Made by a program: the position numbers and the translations under genes. A stretch of 64,000 nucleotides of DNA from a virus, in the IMG/VR virus record IMGVR_UViG_3300045988_129956, positions 16,545-80,544 of that record. One strand, given 5' to 3'. Below, in pieces: positions 11,492-20,971 of the stretch. Positions within the stretch are counted from its first letter, which is position 1, and each line of letters begins with the position of its first letter. A model generated the notes under the pieces. It searched no databases. It saw nothing but the letters and a program-made list of their open reading frames with translations, and was not told where the DNA came from.

Positions 11492-12022
11492 ATGAGAAGG
11501 AGATTTTTTAATGCTGCGGATAATTTTGTGGGAGGATGTTATAATAAGTTATCTAATGAAGATATAAAAAGGCTTGGAGGAAAAAGACCTTATGTATGTC
11601 AGTTTAATAAAATTCATATACATATAGGGCCTGTATTAAAAGATTATGATTCCGAAGAAAGTTATATAATGTTTAATAGTGATTGGAATCATGGTGGTTA
11701 TGAATCTATGGTTTATCATCATAGCAATAATGGCATTTTTATATTAGGTGAAAACAAAATTGGTAATATAGAAGATCATATACAGGATCTAACATATTGG
11801 TACGAATATGATCCAAACATTAATGAAAATTATTGTTATTGTTATTATGAAGCTGATAACAGCGGAAATGCTATTAAGTTGAGCCGTGAGTTTGGTGATG
11901 TTTGCACTGTTTTTAATATTCCCAGTTTGAAAGTTACTACTCTTCGTGATGGCGGTTTGAGTTTCCCAGAGATTTATATAGAAGGAGTTTGGGATTCGTC
12001 ATTGTATAAGTCGGTTTTATAA
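11492..12022 (+). CDS. hypothetical protein (Cys/Tyr-rich, ~176 aa)
   Basis: The ORF track starts at GTG 11483. An ATG at 11492 sits 7 nt after AAGGAG (11478-11483). The giant ORF's stop is at 11487-11489. Confidence 0.5.
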   Translation: MRRRFFNAADNFVGGCYNKLSNEDIKRLGGKRPYVCQFNKIHIHIGPVLKDYDSEESYIMFNSDWNHGGYESMVYHHSNNGIFILGENKIGNIEDHIQDLTYWYEYDPNINENYCYCYYEADNSGNAIKLSREFGDVCTVFNIPSLKVTTLRDGGLSFPEIYIEGVWDSSLYKSVL

Positions 12023-12048
12023 TTAACTTTGCAAAAAAGTTAATTATT

Positions 12049-14307
12049 ATGGGTGTCAAATGTCAGATAGAAAAAAAGGAAAATGAAATAAAACGGGTTA
12101 AGGCTCCTAACGGGGAGCCTTCCGTTCTTTACGAAAGTGCTTTAAAGGTATTAGGAAACAGTGAGCGGGCTCTTCAGGTATGGGCTAAGGCTTACACTCC
12201 TGGTTTTTTGTCGTATTACGGTCATTGGAATAACCCGGCTCCAGGGGAGATGTTTAATACCGATCCCAATGGCGAACCTCTTTTAGAAGACGTGCTGTCG
12301 TATATGAAGCGTCAGACTTATTTTGCTGATCCTTTAACGGCTCAGGACATTAAGGATGTAAGGGATTTCCTTTTGTCTACTCATTATTTTTTCAATGCGT
12401 CTTCATTGTCTAATGCTATCCTCTTCGATTTTTATGTAGATGGCAGTTTGATACTGAATGAGCAGAAATTAAGGAGATCCGGTTTGTATGATGAAACAGA
12501 GATAAGTCGTATCTTATCCGATCCTTCTGTTTTAAATGAGGTTTCGACTTCCATGAGAAAGTTAATAGATTGTTCTATTAACGAACATGATAGGGAAAAG
12601 GATAATTATTTTATGTCTGTTGACTATCAGTATGGTCCTATTGTTTACAAGGAGGGAGTGTTTAACCAATTTGGTAAAAAAGTGCCATATAATCCTTCTG
12701 AGCTTTATTATGCTATGCGTAAAACAGTAGCCGGCATAAAAAACTTTTCTGAATTTTCATCTGCTTTTGAATCGTTGAGAAACTCATATCCTGAACTGGT
12801 TGAGAAATTCGTTTCTGATAAAGAATTTGCCGAATCTATGTTTGATGAGTTTTCATCTACGAATAAGATTCCGGTAATAAACATAGAAGGGGATGATATG
12901 GTAGAAGGCAAGAGAAGATCTTTGTCTAAGCTACAAGATCTTTCTTATTACAATTCCGGCAAAATAGAGTTCCTAAGAGCTCGTATATCAGCTTATTTAC
13001 ATAGGGTTAATGCCGACACCGAATCCGATTTAAGAAGCATGATATGGGATATAGAAGAGGCTTGTACGTGGTTTGGCATAGATATAATAGGGGCGTCAGA
13101 AACTTATGATGGCACAGAAGAATCTTTGAATAAGATAGATAATTTGATGCTGGATCTTGATATTTATGTGGCCAGGCACAATGATGTAAATTATGCTCCT
13201 ACGTTGGCATCTTCTATTGATGATGTTCTTGGTGATAGTACAGACTATTATTTTGGATTATTGCCGGAGTATATGGATAATTTGAATATCGTTTATTCTG
13301 AATCAAATATAGACCCAGTAGAAGCATTTGAGAAACATTCATTGCTTAAGGTAGGAGATAATCTATATCAAAGGATCAGCAAAGATGATCTTAACGAGAT
13401 GTATCAAATATCAACAGTGTTAGCCAAGCACAACCTAACTCACTTTCCTGCTAAAATATATCCTGAATCTTGTTTTAAGAACGGCGTTTTGGATAAAGAG
13501 AAAGTACGGAACGTAGATAATAATACGCTCATGGATTCCATTAAAAAATACGTCAGATCGTTCATGGATTCTCAGAACACGGAGGACATGATAATGACCA
13601 GGATGGCGTTTGGGCACCCGGCGGTACTTGGTGTTTCTTACGCGGATGTGGATCGGGAATTTAGTCGGTACATGAACAAAAAACAAGATAGCGAAAACCC
13701 ATTATCCTTATTCGATTTATACCAATATTACCTTGACAACAAACTCCATAAAACAAAATTATATGATAATGCCTATAAGTATCTTGACTTCAAATCTGGT
13801 CCATCTTTGGGTCTTATTTCTGATGATCCTGATATTTTGAAATCAATAGAATTATCTTTATCTGGAAAAGACAGGTTGATGTTGTTTGATTATAGCATGA
13901 CCAGCACCGACCCTTTTTTATCAAAATTGTTTTATTTGGATAGGTATGACTCTTCGTATGCCGAGAATGATTTTGAACACTATTTTTACACCAGGCACCC
14001 GTATCTGTTAAAAGAAAAATCGGGCCCTAATATCGTAGAGCAAGATGGTGTTATAACAGCCGAAGGTATTTATGATAATTTTATAAGAGTAGGTAATAAG
14101 ATATGGTCTAAAGTAAGCGAAAGTAGTTCCGGCTCTATCTACCAAAATCTGACAGGGACCGAATCGGAGGTGAAATACGATTCTACCCAGAAGGCTAAGA
14201 CAGTAGAAACCGATTACGCTCCATACCAAAACAGATCTGGCTTGACGCAAGATATGACCATAAGCAAGTCTGAATTGGATGATCTTAACAAATTAGAATG
14301 CAAATAA
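12049..14307 (+). CDS. hypothetical phage protein (752 aa)
   Basis: Long ORF co-oriented with the virion block. A hairpin with a T-tract follows the stop. Confidence 0.6.
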   Translation: MGVKCQIEKKENEIKRVKAPNGEPSVLYESALKVLGNSERALQVWAKAYTPGFLSYYGHWNNPAPGEMFNTDPNGEPLLEDVLSYMKRQTYFADPLTAQDIKDVRDFLLSTHYFFNASSLSNAILFDFYVDGSLILNEQKLRRSGLYDETEISRILSDPSVLNEVSTSMRKLIDCSINEHDREKDNYFMSVDYQYGPIVYKEGVFNQFGKKVPYNPSELYYAMRKTVAGIKNFSEFSSAFESLRNSYPELVEKFVSDKEFAESMFDEFSSTNKIPVINIEGDDMVEGKRRSLSKLQDLSYYNSGKIEFLRARISAYLHRVNADTESDLRSMIWDIEEACTWFGIDIIGASETYDGTEESLNKIDNLMLDLDIYVARHNDVNYAPTLASSIDDVLGDSTDYYFGLLPEYMDNLNIVYSESNIDPVEAFEKHSLLKVGDNLYQRISKDDLNEMYQISTVLAKHNLTHFPAKIYPESCFKNGVLDKEKVRNVDNNTLMDSIKKYVRSFMDSQNTEDMIMTRMAFGHPAVLGVSYADVDREFSRYMNKKQDSENPLSLFDLYQYYLDNKLHKTKLYDNAYKYLDFKSGPSLGLISDDPDILKSIELSLSGKDRLMLFDYSMTSTDPFLSKLFYLDRYDSSYAENDFEHYFYTRHPYLLKEKSGPNIVEQDGVITAEGIYDNFIRVGNKIWSKVSESSSGSIYQNLTGTESEVKYDSTQKAKTVETDYAPYQNRSGLTQDMTISKSELDDLNKLECK

Positions 14308-14352
14308 TTTTTGTATATATATAATATAGTTTTTTCATAGTTATAATTTGGG

Positions 14353-14384
14353 AAGTGAGGCTTGTGAAAGTCTCACTTTTCTTA
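14353..14384 (+). terminator. rho-independent terminator candidate
   Basis: AAGTGAG...CTCACTT stem (7 bp, 13-nt loop) followed by TTTTCTT, about 45 nt after the stop at 14307. Confidence 0.45.
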
Positions 14385-15008
14385 TATATGCACATATATC
14401 AGCAACATACAAGAAAAGTCAGACTTTCGTTGTTTTTGGATTATTTTTATTAAGTTTGCAATATTAGTTTCAGGAAGGGATTATAGAAAATAGGGAAGGT
14501 AAGAACAGAACGTAACTAATAACGGTAGGAAATGAGAATCAGTACCATCAAACGTAATAACAGCATTCATCTTATGTATAAAAACATTATGAATGATTTA
14601 GGTCAATTAAGAACTGTAGTTTTAAAATCCTATATTTATAATCTGATACGAAATCAAACCGGATTAAGTATCAGAACTATATCCCATGTCTTGAATCACA
14701 CAAAAGAACAGGATACAGATTCTTTGTGAAAACCATACATTTTCATACATTTGTGTGTTCTTTAGTTTTTAGATTTAAGTTTTTCATGGTATTAGTTTAG
14801 ATTAGTGTAGATCAGGGTTCGCAGTGATGCGGGCCCTGGTTTGTTTTACAGTGCTTTACCCAAAATGGGAAAAGCGTAAGTTTATGATTATCAGGTTTTC
14901 CCCTTAAATGGGGGAAAATTAATTATTGTGTATTATACTTCCGTTTTTGCTGAAAATACTTCTCTTCTATAGGAAACAAACACACCTGTATTCCACCCTG
15001 CAATCATG

Positions 15009-15042
15009 ATCTTTGTTACGTGCTTCATGCACGTATGTTTAA
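15009..15042 (+). promoter_or_regulatory. Bacteroidetes-type promoter candidate (TTTG ... TAtgTTTa)
   Basis: TTTG at 15009-15012, then TATGTTTA 21 nt downstream. This is one mismatch from the TAnnTTTG -7 element of Bacteroides sigma-A promoters. It lies about 20 nt before ATG 15063. Confidence 0.3.
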
Positions 15043-15062
15043 CAATTAAATACTATAAAATT

Positions 15063-16070
15063 ATGGGTGGTGATAAAATCGTCCTTTTAGATGGAGCCGG
15101 GGCTAACGGTGGTGGTGCAGCCACTAACGGTCTTCTTTCAATGATTCCCGGCATGTTTGCTAATTTGATAGGTGGTAATAAAATGGATCCGAATCTGGTG
15201 GCGGCTTTGATGAACGGTCGTAATAACCAGGACGGTTTCGGTGGGGCTAACGGTTGGTGGCTCTGGATAATTGTTTTGTTCTGGCTGTGGGGTGGACGCG
15301 GCTTCGGTAACGGTTTTGGAAATGGTGGTGATTGTTGCGCCAATGGTTTACCCGCTCAGTTGAATAACGATTACGGTCGTGAACTTTTGATGCAGGCAAT
15401 TCAAGGTAATCGTAGTGCCATAGATCAGATCGCTTCTGCTTTGAACTGTTCTACTACTCAACTTCAGAACGCTATCTGCAACGTACAGGGTGCTATTGAT
15501 AAAGTAGCTGGTCAGGTAGGTATGACTTCTCAGGCTGTTATCAACGCAGTTCAACAACAAGGTTGTGAAATAGGAAATCAAATCAGCTCTTGCTGCTGCA
15601 ATCTGAGTTCGTTGATCAATCAAAGCACTTGCCAGACTCAGGGAATGATTACTCAGCAAGGTTTTGATAACCAGCTTCGCACGTTGGAACAAACCAATAT
15701 CTTGCAGAACGGTCTCAACCAAGGTCTGGCTAACAATCGTGAGCAAGCTACAAGCCAATTCAATATCTTGTCTGCGAAACTTGACGCTCAAACCGTTATG
15801 ATCAACGACAAATTCTGTCAGTTGGAAATGAGGGAGATGCAGAACACTATTGCTCAACTTCGTGAAGAAAAAGCGGCTTTGACAGCTTCGGCATTATCTC
15901 AGCAACAAACCCAGAATATCGTTGGTCAATTACGCCCGACGGCCGTCCCAGCCTACCCCTCTTGTTCTCCTTACCAGGCTTATTCTTGGGGACAGGTATT
16001 CGGAGGAGGTTACTGCAATAACGGATGTGGATGTAACAACGGATGTTGCAATAACAACGCTGCTGTCTGA
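15063..16070 (+). CDS. Gly-rich / Cys-rich membrane-anchored coiled-coil protein, hypothetical
   Basis: N-terminal poly-Gly (GAGANGGGAATNG). A hydrophobic segment GWWLWIIVLFWLWGG. A Q/N-rich coiled-coil middle. The C-terminus is GGGYCNNGCGCNNGCCNNN. The track ORF starts at 15006, but the ATG at 15063 follows the predicted promoter. Confidence 0.55.
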   Translation: MGGDKIVLLDGAGANGGGAATNGLLSMIPGMFANLIGGNKMDPNLVAALMNGRNNQDGFGGANGWWLWIIVLFWLWGGRGFGNGFGNGGDCCANGLPAQLNNDYGRELLMQAIQGNRSAIDQIASALNCSTTQLQNAICNVQGAIDKVAGQVGMTSQAVINAVQQQGCEIGNQISSCCCNLSSLINQSTCQTQGMITQQGFDNQLRTLEQTNILQNGLNQGLANNREQATSQFNILSAKLDAQTVMINDKFCQLEMREMQNTIAQLREEKAALTASALSQQQTQNIVGQLRPTAVPAYPSCSPYQAYSWGQVFGGGYCNNGCGCNNGCCNNNAAV

Positions 16071-16093
16071 TTTTATTAAGAGAGGAGGCTAAT

Positions 16094-16507
16094 ATGGCTT
16101 GTGTTTCTAAAATAGGATCGTTGTATGAGATGGTTACGAAGAATGTTATTGTCAGTACGACAAATACAATCTTCGGTATTAACCCACGGGCTTGGATCGC
16201 CCTTCCGTGTGAGGGTCTTATCCTTCTTAAGATAAGGCAAGTAGTCCCCACAGCCGGAAGTGCTCTACCGGTACAGATTGCGGTCCCGGCAAACAGCACA
16301 GTTTCAACAGTAGGAGCCGACACCTGTTGCTCGGTTACGGGAGTGAATGTCGTGAACCCTATTAACGTAGCTGTAACGGGTGCTGCTATGGTAAATGGCA
16401 CAGAACGCCTTCTGTACTTCAATAAAGTTCGTGGCGTGTTAAGATTAATGGATTGCTGTGTTCCAGTAGCGGCAGCCCAGGCGTCTGAAGTTAAAGCAGG
16501 TAAATGA
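16094..16507 (+). CDS. hypothetical protein (137 aa)
   Basis: ORF co-oriented with neighbours. Small-residue-rich with paired Cys (DTCCS, DCCVP). Confidence 0.45.
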   Translation: MACVSKIGSLYEMVTKNVIVSTTNTIFGINPRAWIALPCEGLILLKIRQVVPTAGSALPVQIAVPANSTVSTVGADTCCSVTGVNVVNPINVAVTGAAMVNGTERLLYFNKVRGVLRLMDCCVPVAAAQASEVKAGK

Positions 16508-16557
16508 TTTCAGTAGGGTGATGGAGATCATCACCCTATTTTCACCTAAATAATATT

Positions 16558-17052
16558 TTGATCATGTTTTCAGATTTGAAGAAAGGGTTTCAGGTACATA
16601 CCCTTGATACTAATACAGTACCTAAATACGAATTGGGAAAGGTAGTAGCCGTATCCGAACCCAGGTATCTTCCTCCTCAGCCGGGTCAGTATCAGGCGAT
16701 GCAGACCCGCGTGGTGGATCTGACGGTAGAGCTCACTGGCGAAACCAAGACCTATACGGTTCCGGAATCCCAGAATGTGGCTAAGGCTATGGGTATAACA
16801 TTATCTACCAGCATAGATCCGATTATGAACGAACTGAATGCTATAAAAAGCACCAGTCAAGACATAATAGACAGCGTAGATACCCATCGTGCCAAGATAG
16901 AGGCTTGTGAATCTATATTAGAAGACATCAATCCGGCATTCAAACAAACGAGAGAGCAGGATCGTAAAATAGCTGGTATAGAAAATAAGGTGAATGACCT
17001 TACTGATTCATTCGAAGATTTAAAGAAGTTAATTGTAGAACGTTTGAAATAA
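16558..17052 (+). CDS. hypothetical protein (164 aa)
   Basis: ORF in series with neighbours. C-terminal coiled coil. Confidence 0.5.
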   Translation: MIMFSDLKKGFQVHTLDTNTVPKYELGKVVAVSEPRYLPPQPGQYQAMQTRVVDLTVELTGETKTYTVPESQNVAKAMGITLSTSIDPIMNELNAIKSTSQDIIDSVDTHRAKIEACESILEDINPAFKQTREQDRKIAGIENKVNDLTDSFEDLKKLIVERLK

Positions 17053-17059
17053 GTATAAT

Positions 17060-17431
17060 ATGATAGTATATGATTTAAATTCAGGACACAGAGAATATCC
17101 TGGATATGACGAGATAGAAGACAGACGAGGCAGAGGCAGAAGCCGGCGTGCTGATGGAACGTACATGGAGTACGGACATGGGTTCCTTCCTCCTTATGAT
17201 CATTACGGTATGCATGAGAAGATGAAGGAAATGGAAGAACGCGAAAACGAGCTGGAAGAAAGGGAAAGAAGGCTTGAGGAGCGCGAACGTCGTCATGAAA
17301 TGGAGGACCGGGAATACCGGAGGATGGGTTACGAATCCTACCCGACCGATTACTATGGAGACGACAGATACTACGGTGACGGACCTCAGATGCGTAGAGG
17401 TCGCGGACGTGGCAGAGGTCGTTCTTATTGA
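17060..17431 (+). CDS. RG-repeat / Arg-Glu-rich low-complexity protein
   Basis: RGRGRSRR near the N-terminus and RRGRGRGRGRSY at the C-terminus. The centre is ERENELEERERRLEERERRHE. 123 aa. Confidence 0.5.
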   Translation: MIVYDLNSGHREYPGYDEIEDRRGRGRSRRADGTYMEYGHGFLPPYDHYGMHEKMKEMEERENELEERERRLEERERRHEMEDREYRRMGYESYPTDYYGDDRYYGDGPQMRRGRGRGRGRSY

Positions 17432-17524
17432 GGAGCAGACGCAGAGGATCCAGCTTATCAGAAATATGTAGATACTTACGGCTACCATTTTTCTAATGCT
17501 CTTGCTGATGAGGCGGTAAAGAAG

Positions 17525-17818
17525 ATGGTCAACGTCGATGGATCCAAGAGGATCTGGAAGCAGCCGGAAATAAAAGATATTTTTGAAAAGTGCGGAGCGA
17601 AGAAGCCGGATAAAGCGACATGGGGCGATGTCCAATATGTCTTTGCAATGTACTATTCGGATGGTTTTCCGAAGGTCTTCAAATGTGAGAACGAGTTGGT
17701 GAAAGCTACGTTAATGTATTTGGATGATCCGGATGCTCCCGAAGGAGTAGCCTTTATAAGATGGCTTGCCGTGCAAGATTACCTCGGCGAAAAAATAAAC
17801 TGGAAGGATCTGACCTGA
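17525..17818 (+). CDS. hypothetical protein (97 aa)
   Basis: ORF with a single ATG. The upstream frame is closed at 17429-17431. Confidence 0.45.
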   Translation: MVNVDGSKRIWKQPEIKDIFEKCGAKKPDKATWGDVQYVFAMYYSDGFPKVFKCENELVKATLMYLDDPDAPEGVAFIRWLAVQDYLGEKINWKDLT

Positions 17819-17979
17819 GATCCAGGCCCAGGCCCTTCCGGTGGTGCGGGAGCCATAGTAAAAAATATGATTCCCGCATTCCCGTTTTTCCCGTTTGGAA
17901 AAAAAGGAATAAAAAAAATGTTATACCGGTCGGCGGGCAATAGAATACCCGTGGCCGGTTTGTTTCACATAACTTTTTT

Positions 17980-18162
17980 TTGGACATGAATATGGCACAC
18001 GAATCTAAATCAAATAAAACCCCATTGTATTTAATAGGAGAGTTGATTGGCGTACCGAATACGGTTATGGACTCAGCATTGCATGAACTGAGAGATAGAA
18101 TAGACAAAGACCCTAAATATAAAGATGTTAAAAATTGGCTCGAGTCTTTACCCAAGATATGA
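17980..18162 (+). CDS. hypothetical small protein (60 aa)
   Basis: Short ORF followed by a strong terminator hairpin. Confidence 0.35.
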   Translation: MDMNMAHESKSNKTPLYLIGELIGVPNTVMDSALHELRDRIDKDPKYKDVKNWLESLPKI

Positions 18163-18185
18163 ACCTATTTTTTTTCAATACCAGG

Positions 18186-18220
18186 CCCGATGCGATTTTA
18201 ACGTATCGGGTTTTTATTTT
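18186..18220 (+). terminator. rho-independent terminator candidate
   Basis: CCCGATGCG...CGTATCGGG stem (one G-U pair) followed by TTTTTATTTT. Confidence 0.45.
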
Positions 18221-18290
18221 AATTCATATTGTTTTATTTTAAATCTAATTAATTTATGAATGTCGTACTTTTGTTGAAAAAGTATTTTTT

Positions 18291-18518
18291 ATGGAAAATA
18301 AGGAAGATTACGTTGGTTACGAAGATCAAGAACTGTGTAACCGGTATTACAAAGAGGCTGAAGCCATGAGGCAAAAGCAGGACTGGTCTCGGCTTAGGGC
18401 TGTCCCTGCTCCGGCTAAGGGAACGCCATCGCCCGGCTGGGGTCAGCTTGGACGTGGAAATGATGTCCGTGTCAAGTATGTTAGCATCAATTCAGGATTA
18501 GGAGGGGACAGATTATGA
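18291..18518 (+). CDS. hypothetical small protein (75 aa)
   Basis: ORF. Its stop overlaps the next start (ATGA). Confidence 0.4.
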   Translation: MENKEDYVGYEDQELCNRYYKEAEAMRQKQDWSRLRAVPAPAKGTPSPGWGQLGRGNDVRVKYVSINSGLGGDRL

Positions 18519-18730
18519 CCGTAGAAGAATTGGCTAATAAAAGATACGGTGGCGAATTTGTTTTCATGTTTGGTCATCTTGAAGGTAGAACAAGATTCGT
18601 TTTTGAATGCTTTGATCCAAGACCTGATCATGAAGGTAAAAACACTTATATAGTTTCTTATTTTGATAAGGGACTTCGTAGAAGAGATGTGGTAGATGTG
18701 CCATGTTATATGAATGTTTTAGCAAAATAA
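18515..18730 (+). CDS. hypothetical small protein (71 aa)
   Basis: ORF translationally coupled to the upstream ORF. Confidence 0.45.
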   Translation: MTVEELANKRYGGEFVFMFGHLEGRTRFVFECFDPRPDHEGKNTYIVSYFDKGLRRRDVVDVPCYMNVLAK

Positions 18731-18750
18731 ATTAAAATATTGTAAATATC

Positions 18751-19386
18751 GTGGTTAGAATCGCATATTTCGGAACCGATGGCTGCCCCGGTCATCACGT
18801 TATTCCAATACGAGGTAAATTCACAGAAGAGGATATTAAGGTAATAGAATCTGTAGATTGTGATGATTTCTATAAGGTGTTTGATGTCATGCGTTTTAAG
18901 ATAGCTGAGTTTAAAGGATGGACGATATTGGGAATCCCGGCAAGCTTAGACGATCATAGACCTGGAAGCAAAACCGTTATCTTCATAGAGGGTGAAGCTA
19001 ACGAAGCTGATTTTATAGAAGTCACACAAGAGTATTCTTTTCTTAAAAATAAGGTAAAGAAACTTGCCGAATTGTATCATGATGGAAAATGGCTTGCGAC
19101 TGGTAAATTGAATCAAGATCCGCCTACTAACAAGGAGCGGTTTCAATTTACGTTAGACAAGGATGATATTATTAACATGATTAGGGGAGTCGATTTAGAT
19201 CCTTATTCTGATGTGGCGAATGAAATGGAGAAAATCGGATTGGGATCATCATCTGATTCTTCATATGAGGGTCCCACATGGTCTTGGTTTGTTAACAAAG
19301 TAGAACTTTGGCAGAAGAATAATGTATGGGATAGTTTCTCCGCTGAGTTTTTGTGGGGTTTGTATTGTAGGATAAAGAAAGTATAG
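18751..19386 (+). CDS. hypothetical protein (211 aa)
   Basis: ORF. Position 18751 is GTG in the track, so the start is uncertain. Confidence 0.45.
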   Translation: MVRIAYFGTDGCPGHHVIPIRGKFTEEDIKVIESVDCDDFYKVFDVMRFKIAEFKGWTILGIPASLDDHRPGSKTVIFIEGEANEADFIEVTQEYSFLKNKVKKLAELYHDGKWLATGKLNQDPPTNKERFQFTLDKDDIINMIRGVDLDPYSDVANEMEKIGLGSSSDSSYEGPTWSWFVNKVELWQKNNVWDSFSAEFLWGLYCRIKKV

Positions 19387-19409
19387 TAACAATTAATTTA
19401 AAACAAATC

Positions 19410-20273
19410 ATGGAATTAAAAGATTTTAAAGATGTGGTTAGAGTAATGACAAAAGAAGAGTTCGAATCAACAATCGAAGAAGATATTAAATTCGTTGAGG
19501 GATTCAAGAATTTCTTAAAACATGATGATGCCACGAGGATAGTAGAGCATATCAAGTCTGTGTTAGAAGCATCAGTAGATTACTACTATCCTAATCATCC
19601 TGAAGTAGAATTTGAAAAAGATTTTAATATACAATACGATGTCAATAATATCTTGAACAAATACGGCCACACCGAAATGGGTATGTATAAAATACAGCTC
19701 TATATAGAGAATATTTTGGGTAGTATTCAAAACAAGAAGCCTGTAGACGTGGGAGAAGTCTCTGACGGATACCACACTTTCAATGAATTGTATCGGTATC
19801 GCATGTTGTATAACGCTGCCTTCTTTAATCTATTAGCCAGAAGCGGACAGGTTGAAGTTTGCAAATCAAGGAGACACAGCGACGGAGAAAAATGCTTCGG
19901 TTCTGATGATTGGTTTATTGTGATGGCGATCCTACCTACCGGTCAGGTATCTAATCACTATGAAAGCAAATACTGGGATTTGTTTGATGTTCCTGAAAGA
20001 GAAACCGCTTTCGAATACGATGGCCATACACCAAATGAAGCCTCCGACAGACTTGAAAAGTATCTCAAACTGCCTCGTCATGGCATGACATTCGAACAGG
20101 CTTTAGAACGGCTTAAATTAGGTCGTAAGATAAAAAGAATCGATTGGGGTAAAAAGTATATCTGTATGTTTGACGTAAATATATTGATGATAGATACAGG
20201 TCAAAAAGTAGCATCAAATTGGAATCCAACCGAACATGATATTATGTCTAATGACTGGGAGATTGCGGGATGA
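19410..20273 (+). CDS. hypothetical protein with DUF2829-like C-terminal domain
   Basis: The C-terminus MTFEQALERLKLGRKIKRIDWGKKYICM matches the short phage-associated DUF2829 signature (MTFxEAL..LK.GkkvrR.gW). This is by recollection. Confidence 0.5.
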   Translation: MELKDFKDVVRVMTKEEFESTIEEDIKFVEGFKNFLKHDDATRIVEHIKSVLEASVDYYYPNHPEVEFEKDFNIQYDVNNILNKYGHTEMGMYKIQLYIENILGSIQNKKPVDVGEVSDGYHTFNELYRYRMLYNAAFFNLLARSGQVEVCKSRRHSDGEKCFGSDDWFIVMAILPTGQVSNHYESKYWDLFDVPERETAFEYDGHTPNEASDRLEKYLKLPRHGMTFEQALERLKLGRKIKRIDWGKKYICMFDVNILMIDTGQKVASNWNPTEHDIMSNDWEIAG

Positions 20274-20279
20274 GTTTGT

Positions 20280-20549
20280 TTGTTTGTTTGTTCAAAATGT
20301 GGCTGTATAGATAATACAGCCACATCCTGTTATTGGGCTCTTATAAGACCTTGTAAGAATCGTATTTACGATAAGTCGCTAAAGGGATATGAAGGCAAGC
20401 CTCTTTGTTCTGAATGTGCCGCTATTGAATATAGTAAGGGAGACGAAGTGGTGGTAGTTCCTGGAACGTGGCACGGTAATTTCAAGAAGGAATGGCCTAC
20501 TGAAGAAGAAAAGAAGCATATTGGTAAAAACGGTATTTTAAATTATTGA
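20280..20549 (+). CDS. zinc-ribbon small protein, hypothetical
   Basis: CSKCGC...CSECA cysteine pairs. The only start candidate is TTG at 20280. Confidence 0.35.
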   Translation: MFVCSKCGCIDNTATSCYWALIRPCKNRIYDKSLKGYEGKPLCSECAAIEYSKGDEVVVVPGTWHGNFKKEWPTEEEKKHIGKNGILNY

Positions 20550-20552
20550 TTT

Positions 20553-20858
20553 ATGTGTGATAAGGAAATTGTTATATGCGCAGCTATCTGGGTTCAAGAT
20601 TACAAGAACAAGCCTCACGGTCCAGCAAATATACCATCCGGAACCGTATTTTGTGGATTGAGACACTGTTCCATAATATCGCAACTTGCTGCATACGGCA
20701 TAGCCCATAAAAACCGTAGTATTCAAGGATTTTTGACAAGCAAGAACCGGTTTCTAACAAGAGAGGAAGCGTCTGAACTTGTTAGAAACAATAATCAGGA
20801 GATGGTAGTAGATAGGAATGCTATTAGAGAACAATTGTATTCAGAAGATTTATATTAA
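20553..20858 (+). CDS. hypothetical protein (101 aa)
   Basis: ORF in series with neighbours. Confidence 0.45.
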   Translation: MCDKEIVICAAIWVQDYKNKPHGPANIPSGTVFCGLRHCSIISQLAAYGIAHKNRSIQGFLTSKNRFLTREEASELVRNNNQEMVVDRNAIREQLYSEDLY

Positions 20859-20971
20859 CTAAAAACAAAATAATATGGGATTTATAATTATTTAACCAAC
20901 AAAACCACCATACCTTAGCAAGTGGATGAATTGGTTTGATTAATTTTGAATCAAAATTACAGATAAAAAAA

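Noticed and set aside
15053-16422. Three long antisense ORFs (96, 169, 191 aa) opposite the Gly/Cys-rich gene and its neighbour
   Set aside because: The plus-strand products are co-oriented with the whole block and have coherent protein-like architecture. The antisense translations are Arg/Pro-rich and lack features.
17081-17635. 184-aa antisense ORF opposite the RG-repeat gene
   Set aside because: This is the expected artefact of GC-rich Arg/Gly/Glu codon repeats.
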